From contig OY970178.1 in NCBI GenBank assembly GCA_963707915.1, forward strand, positions 128,001 to 192,000: a DNA stretch of 64,000 nucleotides, given 5' to 3'. The notes under the pieces were generated by a model. That model saw only the letters and a list, made by a program, of their open reading frames with translations. It had not been told where the DNA came from and searched no databases. Of the stretch, positions 18,612 to 30,227 are shown piece after piece. The stretch's first letter is position 1. Every line of letters starts with the position of its first letter. A program made the translations under genes and the position numbers. The stretch comes from Candidatus Eiseniibacteriota bacterium (lineage in GTDB: Bacteria; Eisenbacteria; RBG-16-71-46).

Positions 18612-21497
18612 GGATCTCGGTCCGGATCAACGGCACGCTCCGGGAGTTCGAGGTCGACCCCGGCGAGCGGGTGCGCGACCTGCTGCGGCGCGAGCACCTC
18701 CTCTCGGTGCGCAACGGCTGCGACGGCCAGGGCAGCTGCGGCGCGTGCTCGATCCTCCTCGACGGGCGCACGGTCAACTCCTGCCTGCTGCTCGCCCCGC
18801 AGATCGACGGACGCGAGGTCCGCACCGTCGAACACCTCGCGAAGCAGCGCGAGCTCTCCGCGATCCAGTCGGCCTTCATCGACACCGGCGTGGTGCAGTG
18901 CGGCTACTGCACGCCGGCCATGCTGCTGGCGACCGAGGCGCTGCTCTCGCGGCACGAGCAGCCGACGCGCGAGCAGGTCCGCGACGCCCTCTCGGGCATG
19001 TTCTGCCGCTGCACCGGCTACGAGCAGTACTTCGCCGCGGTCGAGCTGGCGGCGAAGCGGCGCGAGGACCCGGGCCACGCCGCGACCCGGGGACAGGAGT
19101 TCCGCGATGACCTGCGCATCGTCGGCAAGCCGGGGCGCAAGGTGGACGGCCCGCGCCTGGTGCGGGGCGAGAAGGCGTACGTCGAGGACATGGCCGCGGG
19201 CGACGCCTGTCACCTGAAGGTGCTGGGCTCGCCGCACGCCCACGCCTACATCAGGTCCATCGACACGAGCCGCGCCGAGGCCATGCCGGGCGTGGTGCTG
19301 GTCCTGACCCACGAGAACTGCCCGGACGTCTGGTACAACACCGCCGGGCAGGGGTTCCCGGAGCCCTCGCCCTACGACCGCAAGATGTTCGGTGAGAAGG
19401 TGCTCCACGTCGGCGACCGCGTGGCCGCGGTCGTGGCGGAGACCGTCGAGATCGCCCGGGAGGCGCTGCGCAAGATCAAGGTCGAGTACGAGGTGCTCGA
19501 GCCCGTGCTCTCGATCGAGGCCGCCGCGGCGCCCGGCGCGCCCGTGCTGCACGACGGCGTGGTCGAGTACGTCGCCGGCGCGCCCGCGGACCTCGACAAC
19601 CGCGGCGCCGATCCCCGCGACGGCAAGGTCATCTACCAGTTCCCGATCCACGGCGACCCGCGCCGGAACATCGCGGCCAGCGTGTCCGGCGGCATCGGCG
19701 ACGTCGCGCGGGGCCTGGCCGAGGCCGAGGTCGTGATCGAGCGCGAGTACGAGACCTCGCAGGTCCAGCAGGCGCCGGTCGAGCCGCACGTGGTCTACAC
19801 CCGCATCGAGGACGAGCGGCTGGTGATCCACGCCTCGACGCAGGTCCCCTGGCACGTGCGCCGCATCGTGTCGCGGATCCTCGGCATCAACGAGAACCAG
19901 GTGCGGGTCATCAAGGAGCGCGTCGGCGGCGGCTTCGGCGCCAAGCAGGACATGGTGCTCGAGGAGGTCGCCGCGTACGCCACCTGGGTGACCGGCCGGC
20001 CGGTGCTCTACCGCATGACGCGCGAGGAGGAGTTCATCGCCTCGCGCACGCGCCACCCGATGAAGATCAAGGTCGTCCTCGGGGCGAAGCGCGACGGGAC
20101 GCTCACCGCCGTGCAGATGGACGTCCGCGCCAACACCGGCCCGTACGGGGCGCACTGCCTGACGGTCCCGATGAACGCCTGCTCGAAGAGCCTGCCGCTG
20201 CTGCTCGTGCGACAACGTCCACTTCGACGTCACGGACCTGGTACACGAACATCCCGCCCGCCGGGGCCTACCAGGGCTACGGCGCGCCCCAGGGCTCGTA
20301 CGCCCTGCAGCTGGCCTGCGCCGAGTTGGCCGACGCGCTGGGCATGGACCGCGCTGGCCTTCCTCGAGAAGAACCGGGTGCGCGAGGGGACCATGCTCGA
20401 GATCCTGCGGTGCCTGGGCGAGGGGCGCGAGGGCACCCCGCAGGAGGTCTCGAGCTGCGGCCTCGGGCCGGCGCTCGAACAGGGCAGCGCGATGATCGAG
20501 CTGGGGCACGCGCGCGAACAGCGACGATCCCGACGTGCGGATCGGCAAGGGCGTGGCGATCATCCAGCAGGGCTCCGGGCTGCCGGGCATCGACTCGGCC
20601 AACGCCTCGGTCACCCTGCTCGGCGACGGCACGTTCATGCTGCTGAGCGGCGGGACCGACATGGGCACGGGCCTCGACACGCTGGTCGTCAAGCTGGTCG
20701 CCGAGTGCCTGTGCTGCGGCATCGGCGATGTCTCGCTGATCGTGGCGGACACCGACGTCACGCCGTACGACGACGGCGCGTACGCCTCGAGCGGGACGTT
20801 CTTCTCGGGCAACGCGGCGCTGAACGCGCGCGCAGGAGATGAAGAAGAGGCTGCTCGAGACCGCCGCGCGGATGCTGGGCGAGCCGGTCGACGGACCTGG
20901 CGCTGGCGTACCCGTCCACGGTCGACGGGCGGTTCGCGCCCGGTCACCTACGCCGAGATCTCGCGCTTCACGGTCTCGGGCACCGGCACCGGGCAACTGA
21001 TGAGCTCCGCGTGCTACACGACCGACAAGGCGGCGTTCCCGTACGGCGCGCACTTCTGCCAGGTGGCGGTGAACACGCGCACCGGCGCGGTCAAGGTGCA
21101 GAAGTACTACGCGCTGCAGGACTGCGGCACGCCCATCAACCCCGAGCTGGCCCTGGGGCAGATGTACGGCGGCGCGCTCAAGACCATCGGACACTCGCTC
21201 TTCGAGGAGATGCTGCTGGACGAGCGGGGGCGCTGCCGCAACGCGAACCTGCTCGACTACAAGGTGCCGATGATCCACGACCTGCCCGACGACTTCCGGG
21301 CGGTGCTGGTCGAGACCAACGATCCCTTCGGGCCGTACGGCAGCAAGTCGGTGTCGGAGATCGCCTGCAACGGGGCGGCGCCCGCGATCGCGGCGGCGAT
21401 CCACGACGCGACCGGCGTGTGGATGCGGAGCTGGCCGTTCAGCGCGGAGAAGATCCTGCGGGCGCTGGGCCGGCTGGACGGGGAGGCGAAGCGATGA
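18608..21497 (+). CDS. xdhD: Fused 2Fe-2S/molybdopterin-binding subunit (XdhD/YgfN-like), several indels 20200-20940
   Basis: GCDGQGSCGAC, QCGYC, CRCTGY, SPHAHA, GGGFGAKQ, GAYQGYG, AYASSGT, DCGTPINP, GPYGSKSVSE motifs across frames. Confidence 0.82.
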
Positions 21498-22974
21498 ACA
21501 CGCCGCGCTTCATGCTCTGCCGCGCCGAGTTCCTGCTCCCGCTGGCCGCGCCGGACCGGGGCGAGCGCATCGCGGACGGCTACCTGCTGAGCGAGGGCGA
21601 GACGATCCGCGAGGTCGGCCGCTACACGCCCGGGACCGGCGCGCGCCTCCGCGCGGCCTACGGCTCCGCGCTGCACGTCGTGGGCGACCCGGCGCCGGGC
21701 GCGGAGGCGCCGCGGCTGCGCGCCGTGCTGATGCCGGCCTTCGTCAAGGCGCACGGCCACGACCACGAGCAGCCGCTCATCGGCATCGCCAAGGACGAGC
21801 CGCTGACCGACTGGCTCGACCACGCGGTCAACCCGTTCACGAGCTTCATGAACACGCAGCAGGAGCGGCTCTACCGCGAACTGGGCTCGTCGCCGCACCT
21901 GGTCACCTACCGCCTGGCCCGGGTCTGCGACATCCACTACGGCATCACCACGAGCCTGGTCCACCACTGCAACTTCAACAAGTTCCACGTCGGCGAGCTG
22001 GCGCAGGCGAACGAGGCCGCGGGCACGACCATGATCGTGGCCATCGGCGGGCAGGACCGGAACTACGTGAAGGAGGCGCTCGACCGGCCGGAGCAGGCGC
22101 TCGCGCGCCTGGACGACGCGCTCGCGTTGCCCGGCCTCGCGCGGACCACCTTCTGCCCGGGGCCGGACCAGTTCTTCTCGAACAGCCGCGAGATGCTGGT
22201 GCCGCTCAAGCGCTGGGCGCGCGAGCACGGCACGCTGTTCCACATCCACAGCGCCGAGGAGCCGCGCACCACGCGCTGGTTCAGCGCCGAGATCGAGCCG
22301 GGCCTGAGCGAGGTCGAGTTCGCCGAGTCCATCGGCATCCTCGACGGCGACACGGTGCTGGCGCACCAGGTCAACTGCGGCCCGCGGGACGTCGAGATCC
22401 TGGCCCGCACCGGCGCGCAGGTCGTGCACAACCCGCTCGCCAACACCATCCTCGGCTCGGGCATGCCGCCGGTGATCGAGATGCTCGCCGCCGGCGTGCC
22501 GGTGGCGATCTCGACCGACGGCTCGGGTTCGGCGCGACAACCAGAACATCCTGGCCGCGGCGCGGCTCGCCGCGCAGTACCAGAAGGCGCTGCACCAGGA
22601 CGCCACGCTGCTGCGCTCGCAGCAACTGCTCGAGATGATCACCAGCGTGCCCGCGCGGATGTCTGCGGCAGGACCAGGGCGAGCTGGCGCCCGGCCGGCG
22701 CGCCGACTGGATCCTGGTCGGCCTGGACCGGCCGAACCTGACGCCGACGCGCCTCGACAACCTGATGGAGAACCTCATCTGGGCGGCGGACGGCAGCGAG
22801 GTGGACACCGTGGTCGCGCGCGGGCGGCTGCTCAAGCAGGACGGCCGGGTGCTGCCGTTCGCCGACGGCACCAGCCCGGAGTCGGTCATGGCCACCGCGC
22901 AGCGGCTCTCCGAGCTCTTCGCCGAGCACCGCCGCACCGCGCCCGAGCTGAGGGGCACCGGGGCCCACCGGTAG
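21494..22974 (+). CDS. Amidohydrolase (SsnA/deaminase-like), indels near 22535 and 22665
   Basis: MPAFVKAHGH, FHIHSAE, LAH, HNPLAN, STDGSGS, ADWILV, DTVVARG motifs. Confidence 0.8.
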
Positions 22975-22978
22975 TCCG

Positions 22979-23561
22979 ATGCGCGTCGCCGCCATCCTGC
23001 TGGCCGCGGGCTCGTCCAGGCGGTTCGGTGGACCGAAGCTGCTCGCGGCCTGGCGCGGAAGACCGCTCTACGAGCACGCGCTGGACGCGCTGGTGGACTC
23101 GCCCGCGGTGGCCGAGACGGTGGTCGTCGTCCCGCCCGGCTTCCCCGCGCCCGGGGTCGCGGCCGCGCTGCCGCTTCGTGGAGAACCCGGAGCACGAGGA
23201 GGGCATGGGCGCGTCGCTGCGTGCCGGTGTGCGGGCCGTGCCCGCCGACGCGGAGGCCTATCTCATCGCGCTGGCGGACATGCCCGGGATCACCCCGGGG
23301 CTGATCGCCGCCCTGCTGGCCGGCTACGCGGCGTCCGGCCGGCGGATCCTGGTCCCGGTCCACGGCGGCCGCCGCGGCCACCCGGTGGTGATGGGCCGCG
23401 AGCTGCGCGCGGCGCTGCTTGCCGTCCGCGGGGACGTCGGCGCGCGCGCGATCATCACGGCGCATCCGGAGTGGGTCGCGGAGCTCGAGACCGCGGACGA
23501 GGCGGTGCTCTTCGACGTGGACCGGCCCGCGGACCTGGCCGTGCCGGGGGACGCCGGATGA
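22979..23561 (+). CDS. mocA: Molybdenum cofactor cytidylyltransferase (MocA-like), indel near 23170
   Basis: LAAGSSRRFGGPKLL, GMGASL, LADMP, GHPV, GDVGAR, FDVDRPAD. Confidence 0.82.
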
Positions 23562-24374
23562 ACGACGGACGCGAGAAGGTGCTCGTCAAGGGCGCCGGCG
23601 AGCAGGCCTCGGCGACGGCGCACCGCCTGTTCCGCTGCGGCTACCGCGTCGCGATGACCGACCTCGAGCGCCCGACCGCCATCCGGCGCACGGTCGCCTT
23701 CTGTTCCGCGATCTACCAGGGCGAGATCGAGGTCGAGGGGGTGCGCGGCGTGCGTTCGACGATCGATGAGGTGGCCGCGCGCGCCCGGGGCGAGTGGCGG
23801 CACATCCCGGTCTGCGTGGACCCCGGGGCCCGGCTCGTCACGCTCTGGCGCCCCGACGTGATCGTCGATGCGCGCATCCTCAAGCACAACCTCGACAACC
23901 ACCTGGACGACGCGCCCCTGGTGATCGGCCTGGGGCCCGGCCTGGTGGCCGGCGCGGGACGTTCACTTCGTGGTCGAGACCATGCGCGGGCACGACCTCG
24001 GGCGCATCATCGCGAGCGGGCCGTCGTCGGGGGACACCGGCGCGCCCGGCGAGATCGGCGGGTACACGCACGAGCGCGTCGTCCGGGCGCCGGCCGACGG
24101 GATCTTCACCAGCCGACGCGCGATCGGCGAGCCGGTCGCGGCCGGCGACGCGCTGGGGAGCGTGGCGGGGATCGAGGCGAAGTCGCGGATCGCGGGCGTG
24201 CTGCGCGGCCTGCTGTGGTCCGGCCTGACCGTGACCACGGGCTTCAAGCTGGCGGACGTGGATCCCCGCGGCGACGCCGCCATGTGCTCCACGCTGTCGG
24301 ACAAGGCGCGCATCATCAGCGGCAGCGTGCTCGAGATCGTGGTGGCCCACGCCGGCCGGCGGGGCCCCGAGTGA
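23558..24374 (+). CDS. yqeB: Selenium-dependent molybdenum hydroxylase accessory protein YqeB, indel near 23955
   Basis: VKGAGEQAS, PTAIRRTVAF, VDARILK.N, IGLGPG, ETMRGHDLGR, ERVVRAP, GVLRGL, DVDPR, SDKAR. Confidence 0.88.
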
Positions 24375-25135
24375 TCCTCGACGCGCTCGGGCTGCGGGAG
24401 CGGCGCTACGTCCACCTGATCGGCGGCGGCGGCAAGACCACGCTGATGTTCGCCGCCGCGCACGCGCTGGCCGCCGAGGGGCGCTCGGTGCTCACCACCA
24501 CCACCACGCGCATCCTCTACCCGGTGCCCGCACAGTCCGCCTGTGTCGTGCTGGGCTCGGACGCCGCGTCGCTGGTGGAGCGCCTGCGCGCCGCGTTCGC
24601 CGCACAGCGGCACGTGACCGCCGTGGCGCCGGACCCCGTGGGAGGGCGGAAGGTCGTTGGATTGACCGTCGCAGTGCTCGACGCGCTGGTGGACGCGCGC
24701 GTCGCGGAGCACGTGCTGGTCGAGGCCGATGGCGCCGCAGGGCGAGCGCTCAAGGCGCACGCGGACCACGAGCCGGTGGTCTCGCCGCGTGCCGACCTGG
24801 TCATCGCGGTCATCGGTGCGGACTGCCTGGGGGCGCCGATGGACGATGCCCACGTGCACCGCGCCGCACTGCTGCGCGAGCGGCTCGGCCGTCCGTCCGG
24901 GGCGGTCGTGACGGCGGAGGACGTGGCCGGCATCGTGCTGCACCGCGACGGCTACCTGGCGCGGGTTGCGCCCGGCTGCGAGGTCATCGCGTTCGTGAAC
25001 CAGGTGGCCACGCCGCAGGCGATGGCCCAGGGGCGCCGGCTCGCGGATGTGCTGCGGCGGGCGGACGCGGAGCGACGCCTCGCACGCGTGGTCATCGGCG
25101 ATGTGCGGGCGGGGGTGTTCGAGGCCGCCGGGTAA
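24371..25135 (+). CDS. yqeC: Selenium cofactor accessory protein YqeC
   Basis: IGGGGKTTLM, VLTTTTT, VEADGAAGRALKA..HEPV, VHR, FVNQ. Confidence 0.88.
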   Translation: MILDALGLRERRYVHLIGGGGKTTLMFAAAHALAAEGRSVLTTTTTRILYPVPAQSACVVLGSDAASLVERLRAAFAAQRHVTAVAPDPVGGRKVVGLTVAVLDALVDARVAEHVLVEADGAAGRALKAHADHEPVVSPRADLVIAVIGADCLGAPMDDAHVHRAALLRERLGRPSGAVVTAEDVAGIVLHRDGYLARVAPGCEVIAFVNQVATPQAMAQGRRLADVLRRADAERRLARVVIGDVRAGVFEAAG

Positions 25136-25151
25136 GGACGCGTCGGGCGGC

Positions 25152-25181
25152 TTGCTGAGGCCATCGGCGGGATGCTAGTTT
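25152..25181 (+). promoter_or_regulatory. Probable tRNA promoter
   Basis: TTGCTG, 18-nt spacer, extended -10 TGcTAGTTT, ending 12 nt upstream of the tRNA. Confidence 0.45.
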
Positions 25182-25193
25182 CAATGCCCCTGA

Positions 25194-25268
25194 GGCGGCA
25201 TAGCCAAGTGGTAAGGCGAGCGCCTGCAAAGCGCTTATTCCCCGGTTCGAATCCGGGTGCCGCCTCCA
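25194..25268 (+). tRNA. tRNA-Cys (GCA)
   Basis: Acceptor GGCGGCA/TGCCGCC, discriminator T, encoded CCA; anticodon arm AGCGC-CTGCAAA-GCGCT; T-loop TTCGAAT. Confidence 0.96.
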
Positions 25269-25398
25269 AGAGCATCCTCGAGTCCTGCGTGAGTTCCGCG
25301 CCCCTGGATTGCAGAAGCCTGACAACGAGGCGAAGCAGCGGGGCTAGAGTCTCTGGTCGCATCGTTGCCACTCCTGCCGTATCGGAAGAGCAAACGCC

Positions 25399-25689
25399 AT
25401 GGACGTACATCGCCTGTTGCCCTCGTCTCGCACCCGCCGGCTGGCGCTCCTGCCGGGGTTGCTGCTGCTGCTCGCGCTCGTCGCGAGCGGGGTGCACCAC
25501 CACGCCCGCGAGGACAGCTCGCACCCTTGCGCGATCTGCACGCTGAGTCACGCACCCGCGACCGCCACGGTTGCGAAGATCGATCCCGCGCCGACGCTGC
25601 ACGTCGAGCGCGTGGCCCAGGCATCGGCGGACGTACCCCGCTCCACCGGTCCCGCCTCACCCTCGAGTCGCGCTCCGCCTTCGATCTGA
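25399..25689 (+). CDS. DUF2946-like upstream ORF with TM segment, HHH, CxxC and C-terminal RAPP motif
   Basis: ...LLLLALVASGVHHH...HPCAICTLSH...SSRAPPSI*, upstream of a metal uptake operon. Confidence 0.72.
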   Translation: MDVHRLLPSSRTRRLALLPGLLLLLALVASGVHHHAREDSSHPCAICTLSHAPATATVAKIDPAPTLHVERVAQASADVPRSTGPASPSSRAPPSI

Positions 25690-25820
25690 GGTGCTGACAG
25701 CGCGCCCCCGGCGCGCCAACGATCGAACGAGCAGAGTCCGTCCCGCCTCGCGCCAGCAGTCCAGCGGGTGCGAGGTGGCGCGCACGCTCCCGGCACGCGA
25801 CCTCTTCAAGGGAGACCTCC

Positions 25821-26972
25821 ATGTCACGCAGTCCCGCGATCCTCATTGCTCTCGTTCTTGGCAGCCGTGCTCGGCCCGCCCGTGGCCTGCGCCGGCGTCG
25901 TCAATCCGGATATCTCCGTCCTCGGCCAGCCCTTCATGCACTGGACCGACGACCCGTCGGCCACGTCACCCAAGCGGATCACATTCGACCAGGGCGAGGT
26001 CGAGATGGTCTACGACTCCTACCTGAACCCCTTCGCGAAGGGTTACTTCGTCACTTCCCTGGGGACTGACGGCCTCTCCCTCGAGGAGGGCTATTTCACG
26101 CTCTTCCGCGGTCTGCCGGGCGGGCTCGCGCTGAAGGGTGGCAAGTATCGCGTCGGCTTCGGCAAGCTGAACCAGATGCACCCGCACGCCGTGCCGTTCG
26201 CGGACCGGCCGCACGTGCTCGCCGCGTATCTACCGGGCGAGGAGTCCTTCGACGAAACCGGCGTCTCGCTCTCGGAGCGCGTACCGCTGCCCGGCACGTT
26301 CTCGCTCACCGTCTCGGGCGACTGGCTGCAGGGCGACACATTCCGGATCCCGCGGGCGCCGAGCGGCAGCACGAACGACCCGCTGGAGGCCGATCCGCAG
26401 GGTGGCGACCGCGCCGCCGAGGCGCGGCCCGCGTTCGTCGGCGCGCTCAGCGGGTTCGGCTCGATCGGCGACCGCTCGGGCTACGAACTCGCTCTCTACG
26501 CGACGGGCGGCACGAACAACGTGGCCGCCTCTACGCGCACAGCGATCTACGACGCCTCCGGCAAGCTCAAGCTGTGGACTTCGGCCAACTCCTACCTGGT
26601 CGTGCAGTGCGAGGTGCTGAAACTCGACCGCGAGGAAGCAGGCTGGGACTCGGTCGCGGCCGTGTACACGAAGTCCCGGGTGCAGCCGCTCGGTGGCTAC
26701 CTCTACGCGGACTACAACTTCAGCCCGCGCTACGACGCGGGGTTCTCCTACGAGCGCTACCAGCAGCCGAACGCTGGACGAAGACCTGGGACCAGGCGGT
26801 GGGCGCGTTCGTCGGGCTCGCGCTCATGGAGGAGACCAGTTCCTTCCGGCTGGAATGGAACCGCCTCCTGCCCGGCACGCCCACCGGCGTGTCCGTGAAT
26901 CCGCGAGCCATCAACACGCTCACGCTGCGCGTCATCTACTCGATGGGCCCGCACAAGGCCCACCAGTTCTAG
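25821..26972 (+). CDS. Metal-uptake outer-membrane beta-barrel, indels near 25860 and 26775
   Basis: NPDISV, EVEM..SYLNPF, EEGY, FGKLNQMHPH, C-terminal MGPHKAHQF; RBS GGAG. Confidence 0.7.
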
Positions 26973-26984
26973 AGGAGCGAACCC

Positions 26985-27893
26985 ATGAGAACGTCATTCC
27001 GACTCGTCGTCTTCGCTGCGGGACTCGCGCTCCTCGCACTCGTCCCCGGCGCCGCCTCTGCGAAGCTCCGCGTAGCCGCATCCCTCACCGATCTCGCCTC
27101 GATCGCCAGCTCTGTCGGTGGCGACCAGGTCGAGGTCTTCGCCATCGCCCGCCCCAATGCCGATGTCCATCGCGTGGAGGTGCTGCCCTCCTACATGGTG
27201 CAGGTCTCGCGCGCCGACCTCTACCTCAAGGTCGGGCTCGGGCTCGACCAGTGGGCCGACGGCATCATCGACGGCTCGCGCAACGCGAAGCTCAAGGTGC
27301 TCGACTGCGGCGCGGGGATCACGCCGCTCGAGAAGCCCACGAACGTCAACGCCTCGATGGGCGACGTGCACCCGTTCGGCAATCCGCACTACTGGCTCGA
27401 CCCGCGCAACGGCGTCATCGTCGCGCGTGAAGTCGCGGAGGAGCTGGCCCGGCTCGATCCCGCGCACTCGGCCGACTACGGCGCACGAGCCGAGGCTTTC
27501 GCGAAGGAGGCGGAGGCCGCCTACGAGCGCGGGCAGCAACTCGTGGCGAAGCTGCCGGTCCGGACCGTATTCACCTACCACGCCTCCTGGATCTACCTCG
27601 GCCACGCCTACGGGATCGAGATCGCAGCCACGGCCGAACCGGTGCCGGGGATCCCGCCCACCGCGAAGCACCTCCAGGAGCTCGTGAACATCGCGAAGCA
27701 GCGTGGCGTGACGACGCTGATCCAGGAACCCTACTTCTCGGACGATGCCGGGAAGTTCCTGGCCCGTGAGGCCGGGGTGCACGTGATCAAGGTCTCGCCG
27801 TCGTGCGACGGCCCGCAGGCCGGCAGCTACCTCGCCCACTTCGATGCCGTGCTCGGCCTGCTGGCCGGCGCTAGCCCAAAGGCCCGCCCATGA
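26985..27893 (+). CDS. Metal ABC transporter substrate-binding protein (ZnuA/TroA family)
   Basis: DVH, GDVHPFGNPHYWLDP, TYHASW, EPVPGIPPT. Confidence 0.9.
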   Translation: MRTSFRLVVFAAGLALLALVPGAASAKLRVAASLTDLASIASSVGGDQVEVFAIARPNADVHRVEVLPSYMVQVSRADLYLKVGLGLDQWADGIIDGSRNAKLKVLDCGAGITPLEKPTNVNASMGDVHPFGNPHYWLDPRNGVIVAREVAEELARLDPAHSADYGARAEAFAKEAEAAYERGQQLVAKLPVRTVFTYHASWIYLGHAYGIEIAATAEPVPGIPPTAKHLQELVNIAKQRGVTTLIQEPYFSDDAGKFLAREAGVHVIKVSPSCDGPQAGSYLAHFDAVLGLLAGASPKARP

Positions 27894-28766
27894 CGGCTGC
27901 ATTGTCGTTGCCGTTCTTCTGGACCGCACTGGTCGCCAGCCTCGTGCTGGCCGGGATCCACGCTTACCTGGGGTTTCACATCGTGCGGCGCGGGGTCATC
28001 TTCGTTGACCTCGCGCTGGCGCAGATGGCGGCGCTCGGGGTCGCGCTCGCGCTGGTGCTGCGGGTGAACGAGAACGAGGTCCTTCACCTACCTGATCGCG
28101 CTCGGCATGACCTTCGTGGGTGCCGCGGCCTTCGCCTGGCTGCGCGGACAGGAACGGCGGGCGCCGCTCGAGGCCTTCATCGGGATCGTCTTCGCCACCG
28201 CGCAGGCCGCGGTGTTCCTGGTGCTGGAGAAGAGCCCCTCGGGTCCCGAGCACCTCAAGGAGACGCTGGCGGGCAGTCTCTTCACCGTCGACCCGCACCA
28301 CGTGCTCAAGACCGCGGTGCTCTACGCCGTCGTCGGGCTGGCGCACTTCCTGTTGCGCAAGCCGTTCTTCGAGATCACCAACGACCCGAAGGGGGCCGAG
28401 GGCCGCGGTCGCCGGCTGTTCTGGTGGGACCTCGCCTTCTACGGCATCTTCGGCTTCGTCGTCACCTCGAGCGTGCAGATCGCCGGGGTGCTGCTGGTGT
28501 TCGGGCTGCTGGTCATCCCCGCAGTGGCCGGACTGATGGCGACGCAGCGCACCGGGCCGGCACTGGCGATCGGCTGGGTGTTCGGGTTCACTGGAAGCCT
28601 CCTCGGCCTGCTCGGTTCGATCCAGTTCGATCTGCCGGCAGCACCGAGCATCCTGGTCTCGTTGACCGTGCTGCTCTTCGTGCTGGGGGTAGCCGTGACT
28701 CTGCGTCAACGGATTGCGGTCCAGCGCCAGATGCGCGCGGGGGGCAGCGAGCGGGCGGGCGCTTGA
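27890..28766 (+). CDS. Metal ABC transporter permease (ZnuB/ABC-3 family), indel near 28085
   Basis: GIHAYLGFHIVRRGVIFVDLALAQMAALG, EAFIG, SSVQIAGVLLVFGLLVIPA. Confidence 0.85.
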
Positions 28767-28967
28767 GCGAAGGAGTTCCTACGGCAGGCCAATGGCCAGG
28801 CGACGGTGAAACCATCGCCGCAGCGCGTTCCACCCGTATACCCTGCAGGGCGTGCGCTACCGGGGGCTGCACTGCGGTTTCGACGCTCCGCCCGCGCGCA
28901 AGCCCTTCCGCGGTGGCCGCTGCGAGCAGCCATCGCTAGCAACCCCGACACCGTGGAAGGCGCCTGG

Positions 28968-29954
28968 CTAGAACGAGTGCCCGATCACGAACTTGAACAG
29001 GGCTGGGGCGACGAGTTGGTTGCCGTTGACGTGCTCGTAGAGCGGGACGTCAACGGTCAGTGTTGCGCGCAGCCTCGCGAGGCTCGCATCGAGCCCGGGG
29101 GCGGCCAGCACGCGAGTGTAGCCGCTGTCGCCCGGGTTCGCGTCGGCGCCCTGGTCGTGTGCGCGCGTCGCTCCGATGATTTCGATCAGCGGCGCCACCG
29201 TGGCGGCTCCAAATCGGAAGCCCGCGTGCGAAACCGCTGCCGTCAGGTCCACTTCGGAGCCCGGCCTGTACTCCCCGGAATACGCGAAAGGCCGCGCCCA
29301 CTGCCCGTCGACGAACCAGATCCAATTCCGGTCCGCCGTGAGCGGTCCGATGTGGTACACGCCCAACAGCAGGTCCGTGCTGCCGGTGCCGATCTCCGTA
29401 TCGCGATCGAAGTTGGCGTACTTGTAGTCGCCGGTCGGTAGCTTGAGTCCGGCCGTGACGCCCGTCGAGAGGTCAGCCGAAAACCCGGTGTAGATGCCCC
29501 GCACGCGCACGTCGCCCACCGCGCCATGGGTGAAGTCCACGACATTGCCGTCGTCGTTGGTCGTCTTGAAGAGCCGATTCCAGTACGGCACTTCGACGGC
29601 CGCGCCCCACGAGCGGGTCACCATGTACTGCGCGCTCGCGGTGACAAAGCTCGTTCGGATCTGCTTGTCGGCATTGTCGGACGCCGGCGCCGAGGCGGAC
29701 CCGCTCCAGTTGAGGTTCTGGTCCATGAAGTCGTACTCGAGCGAGAACATGCCTCCGCTCTGAGTGGGGAACATCGAGGCGCTGCCAACCTCAAACACGC
29801 CGCAGCCACAGGCGCAGGCGCGGGCCAATTCGGGAAGCACGGCGAGGAGCATCAACGCCGCCAGGGCACGTAGCCGGGAGGAGCGGTGGGTGCACGCTTC
29901 GGCAGGGCGCCCGTGGGCGGGCGAGGGAAGGCTGGTGTATGGCACGCGCTTCAC
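28968..29954 (-). CDS. Outer-membrane transporter (MetA/phenol-degradation-like barrel) with N-terminal CACGC
   Basis: Signal peptide then CACGC, GDVRV, GLKLPTG, GTGSTD, terminal F; true start uncertain. Confidence 0.7.
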   Translation of the reverse strand: MKRVPYTSLPSPAHGRPAEACTHRSSRLRALAALMLLAVLPELARACACGCGVFEVGSASMFPTQSGGMFSLEYDFMDQNLNWSGSASAPASDNADKQIRTSFVTASAQYMVTRSWGAAVEVPYWNRLFKTTNDDGNVVDFTHGAVGDVRVRGIYTGFSADLSTGVTAGLKLPTGDYKYANFDRDTEIGTGSTDLLLGVYHIGPLTADRNWIWFVDGQWARPFAYSGEYRPGSEVDLTAAVSHAGFRFGAATVAPLIEIIGATRAHDQGADANPGDSGYTRVLAAPGLDASLARLRATLTVDVPLYEHVNGNQLVAPALFKFVIGHSF

Positions 29955-30227
29955 TCCTCGGGGTGGAAGGGGAGTTCGTTACGATCCGGACGCGAGCGGG
30001 ACGCTTGGACCAACCACGATCACGCGGATCTTGAGCCCGGGCAGCCAAGACAGTCGACGGCGCAACCGGAAGACCGGGCCGCAGCACCAGAACGATGCAT
30101 GAGGCAGCGGTGGCAGCGCATCGACAGAGAGTAAAGCAGCCCCTTTCGCGCCGGGCAAACGGCGTCGACGAAGCTCAAGGGGGCACGGCCTTGTCCTACC
30201 TTCGCAACTCCCTTCGAACCCACCACT

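Noticed and set aside
20200..20940. Programmed frameshifting in xdhD
   Set aside because: Multiple scattered indels without slippery heptamers; error is more parsimonious.
29955..30227. Riboswitch or second RAPP uORF upstream of the CACGC barrel
   Set aside because: No cobalamin/NiCo consensus and no RAPP motif found by eye.
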